Assembly: GCA_965644295.1 (NCBI GenBank)
Contig: CBFFRP010000392.1
Coordinates: 1-24,845 of the forward strand
Origin: Paraphysomonas bandaiensis
Taxonomy: Eukaryota > Protista > Chrysophyceae
Reading direction: 5' to 3'
Length of the DNA: 24,845 bases
This document shows, in pieces, positions 22,441 through 24,845 of this stretch. The notes beneath the pieces were generated by a model that was not told where the DNA came from, ran no database searches, and worked only from the letters and a program-made list of their open reading frames with translations. How positions within the stretch are numbered: the first letter of the stretch is position 1; each line of letters starts with the position of its first letter. The translations under genes were made by a program, and so were the position numbers.

Positions 22441-22902
22441 TTGTCTTCGGACAATTGCCTGCGTATCATTTGGGTTTAAGCCTATGACACAGAGCATTCT
22501 TTTATTCTGTCTATAGACAATTGCCTGCGTTTCATTTGGGATGTTAAAGCCTATGACACAGAGCACTTTTTGTTGTCTATAGGCAAAGGCCTGCGTTTCA
22601 TTTGGGATGTTAAAGCCTATGACACAGAGCATTCTTTTATGTTGTCTATAGACAATTGCCTGCGTTTCATTTGGGATGTTAAAGCCTATGACACAGAGCA
22701 CTTTTTGTTGTCTATATAGGCAAAGGCCTGCGTATCATTTGGGATGTTAAAGCCTATGACACAGAGCATTCTTTTATTCTGTCTATAGACAATTGCCTGC
22801 GTATCATTTGGGATGTTAAAGCCGATGACACAGAGCACTTTTTGTTGTCTATAGGCAAAGGCCTGCGTATCATTTGGGTTTAAGCCTATGACACAGAGCA
22901 TT
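22441..22902. repeat. Tandem array: seven cores with alternating linkers
   Basis: Cores at 22457, 22523, 22589, 22658, 22726, 22795 and 22861. The first and last cores are 3 nt shorter. Confidence 0.97.
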
Positions 22903-23030
22903 ATGGGGGGGCGGTTGTGACTTAGTCGAGCAATAGCCGATTGATGTCACGGTATTTAATATTTATTTATATAGGTTCATATTTTATGGACGATAAGGAG
23001 ATCAGGCGTTGGACTGAACATAGGAGGGTG

Positions 23031-23412
23031 TGTTGTCATCCCCGTATAGGAGGTTGGCTGTCATTGGAGTGAAAGCTTGGTTTGATAGTATACTGCTGTA
23101 TATTGCACTATACTGTGGATGTATAGTATACAGGATATATACAGTGTAGACAGCCAGCTACAGTAGGGTAACGGTATACCATTATACGGTGTATGATGAC
23201 AATACGGTGTAGGATATGTACAGTCCAATATGTACAGTGGATTGGTATAGAGTAAGGGCATATATATGTGCCCAAGGTGTGAGCTGTAGGTGTAGTCTGT
23301 GATAGAAGATAGATTAGAATGCTAGTCATTATTATCACAGATAACCTCTGATAAAACAAGTTAATAACACTATCATTACTATCAACTTGTGGCTTGTTAT
23401 TGCCTTACAACA
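23031..23412 (+). repeat. 3' LTR
   Basis: TGTTG...CAACA after GAACATAGGAGGGTG and followed by the CTCAC TSD. Confidence 0.97.
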
Positions 23413-23754
23413 CTCACAGATACAATCTTGTATTAAGCTGAATCCTAATACGCCCCCTCAATGAAATAATCAGTGAACCGTAGATAATAGAGAGAATATG
23501 AACTTATGCACACTAAGTCGATGTAACGACTACGGGTGATTGAGTCTCGCTATAATGACTAACATTGCTGGTCTTATAATCCCTGTCCATGTGCGCAGGT
23601 GATGTAGGGTAGGAATAGTCTTCTCACAACACTCAGCACTTAACTTACTCTTCTTACTCTTTACTTCGCTACTTCTTAACTTTCAACTCAACTACGATAT
23701 CAACTTTCTCTTATATATCTAAAAATCCATATCCTTCTACCTAGATCCCCATAC

Positions 23755-24654
23755 GTGCTCCTCCACCCTAGCTGTGACCAAACCACCATCGTCAAGCTAC
23801 AACATGCTCTCACAGCCATGACCAGCAGGCATCAACACACATACGCCACCCCGGACGACATTCGTCACTGGTTATCTGTCCGCGAAATGCACTGGCTCGC
23901 CACATTCTTCACCCCCACAACCACATGGTCCACTGATGGAGAATCAATCAGCATTGTTGGCATACCCAGCGACCCCCACGCGTACGGTCCTGCGTGGACG
24001 TCAGACGAACTCCGTGAAGCCATACTTCTGAATCTCCCTCACATAGTCCTGCACAACGCACACTTCTTCATCATCAACCCTGCCGGCCTCGCCATCAACC
24101 TTGACAACGCTCTACTCAACCTTGAACCACACATTCAAGTGCGAGAACCCAGCGTTCAGCGCGACGTCCCGCCCATCAATGCACGCCCACAACATCCCAC
24201 CAGCCCCGTAGTCACACCCACATGCCCTCCTGCGCCTTCAGAGACCACAGTGGCCGACATCATACCATCACCAGACACCATAAACTCCTCCCCCCACAAT
24301 TCTACATCTAGGCCACGGAAAACTCCCCGGACAAAAGGCAACCGGACCCCCACACTCCCCACCAGGACACAGCCCCCTCGTAAAGCCCGACACGCCCAGT
24401 CCTATGCAGACCTCCCTGACACAGTCCCTACACATACATTATACTGTCCACACGTGCCCTTCCGCACCTTACTCCAAGCAGCGAATCCACCCCAACCGCT
24501 CACATGGGACCCTACACTCAAATATAAAGTCCTGATGGGCCTAGCAGACACCCTGCCCAAAGGAAATGCCTTATACGCCGGAGAGAGCAGATCCCGGCCC
24601 ATGCCATCATTTCCGAGTGCACTGGCCAAAGACTCTCTATATATAAAGATCTGA
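23755..24654 (+). CDS. Hypothetical protein fragment (globular part plus Pro/Thr/Arg-rich linker), probably repeat-derived
   Basis: 299-codon open frame beginning at a GTG. C-rich strand bias. Distant peptide similarity to minus-strand 17900-18171. Confidence 0.45.
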   Translation: MLLHPSCDQTTIVKLQHALTAMTSRHQHTYATPDDIRHWLSVREMHWLATFFTPTTTWSTDGESISIVGIPSDPHAYGPAWTSDELREAILLNLPHIVLHNAHFFIINPAGLAINLDNALLNLEPHIQVREPSVQRDVPPINARPQHPTSPVVTPTCPPAPSETTVADIIPSPDTINSSPHNSTSRPRKTPRTKGNRTPTLPTRTQPPRKARHAQSYADLPDTVPTHTLYCPHVPFRTLLQAANPPQPLTWDPTLKYKVLMGLADTLPKGNALYAGESRSRPMPSFPSALAKDSLYIKI

Positions 24655-24743
24655 TTATTACATGAGAGAACTACTTTGTTTTTAGCTATCTACGACTTTA
24701 GACTAGTGGTATCAAAGTTGCTAAATACTGAGTTTTCTCGGGA

Positions 24744-24845
24744 CTGCTTGTGCATTGCTGCAAGCACCTTGGTGCAACCATCCCTTGTGTTGGGCTTAGT
24801 CCGGTGGTCTTCCTTTGGGTAATGTCTCTGCCGGTCCGGAGCCAC
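24744..24845 (-). mobile_element. 3' end of another PKGRPPD-family copy running off the window
   Basis: The minus strand reads GSGPAETLPKGRPPD* (stop 24796-24798), then a 37 nt motif shared with 16911-16947. Confidence 0.6.

Larger units (their letters stand above)
18695..23412 (+). mobile_element. Complete non-autonomous Copia-derived LTR retrotransposon with CTCAC TSD
   Basis: Two 382 bp LTRs (TGTTG...CAACA). CTCAC at 18690-18694 and 23413-23417. PPT-like 23016-23030. Remnants ALVDSGA (19769-19789) and, at the far 3' end of the internal region, IWFRKLLA...QLEPTLIFAD (22198-22270; Copia RNase H-like). Confidence 0.93.

Noticed and set aside
24500-24590. KYKVLMGLADTLPKGNALYAG as the start of a SET domain
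   Set aside because: The resemblance is too weak, and none of the downstream SET motifs are present.

Overview
Eukaryotic, transposon-dense DNA. A stramenopile-like protist is my guess from the Crypton-type sequence and 45-47 nt introns, but this is inference only. One clear host gene is present: a 3-exon DED1/DDX3 DEAD-box helicase (14485-16424) about 100 bp downstream of a ~740 bp (TATG)n tract. The rest is nested mobile DNA. (1) The 3' part of a Ty3/gypsy element (1-~3941) has IFDN in place of YxDD, a chromodomain hidden by compensating frameshifts, and an extra C-terminal domain. (2) Two copies of a non-autonomous Copia-derived LTR element each carry a 66/69 bp alternating repeat array. 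One is complete (18695-23412) with 382 bp near-identical LTRs, a CTCAC target duplication, and a PBS region complementary to its own LTR. (3) A head-to-tail dimer of a Crypton-like tyrosine-recombinase element (5942-13515) has complementary internal deletions and GTTTT junction cores. Excising it in silico restores a perfect 17 bp inverted repeat. (4) A 2.77 kb TIR-bounded insertion with an unknown gene lies inside the first Crypton copy. (5) There are fragments of an unidentified C-rich repeat family whose ORF ends in PKGRPPD. All calls come from reading the sequence by eye; no searches were run.
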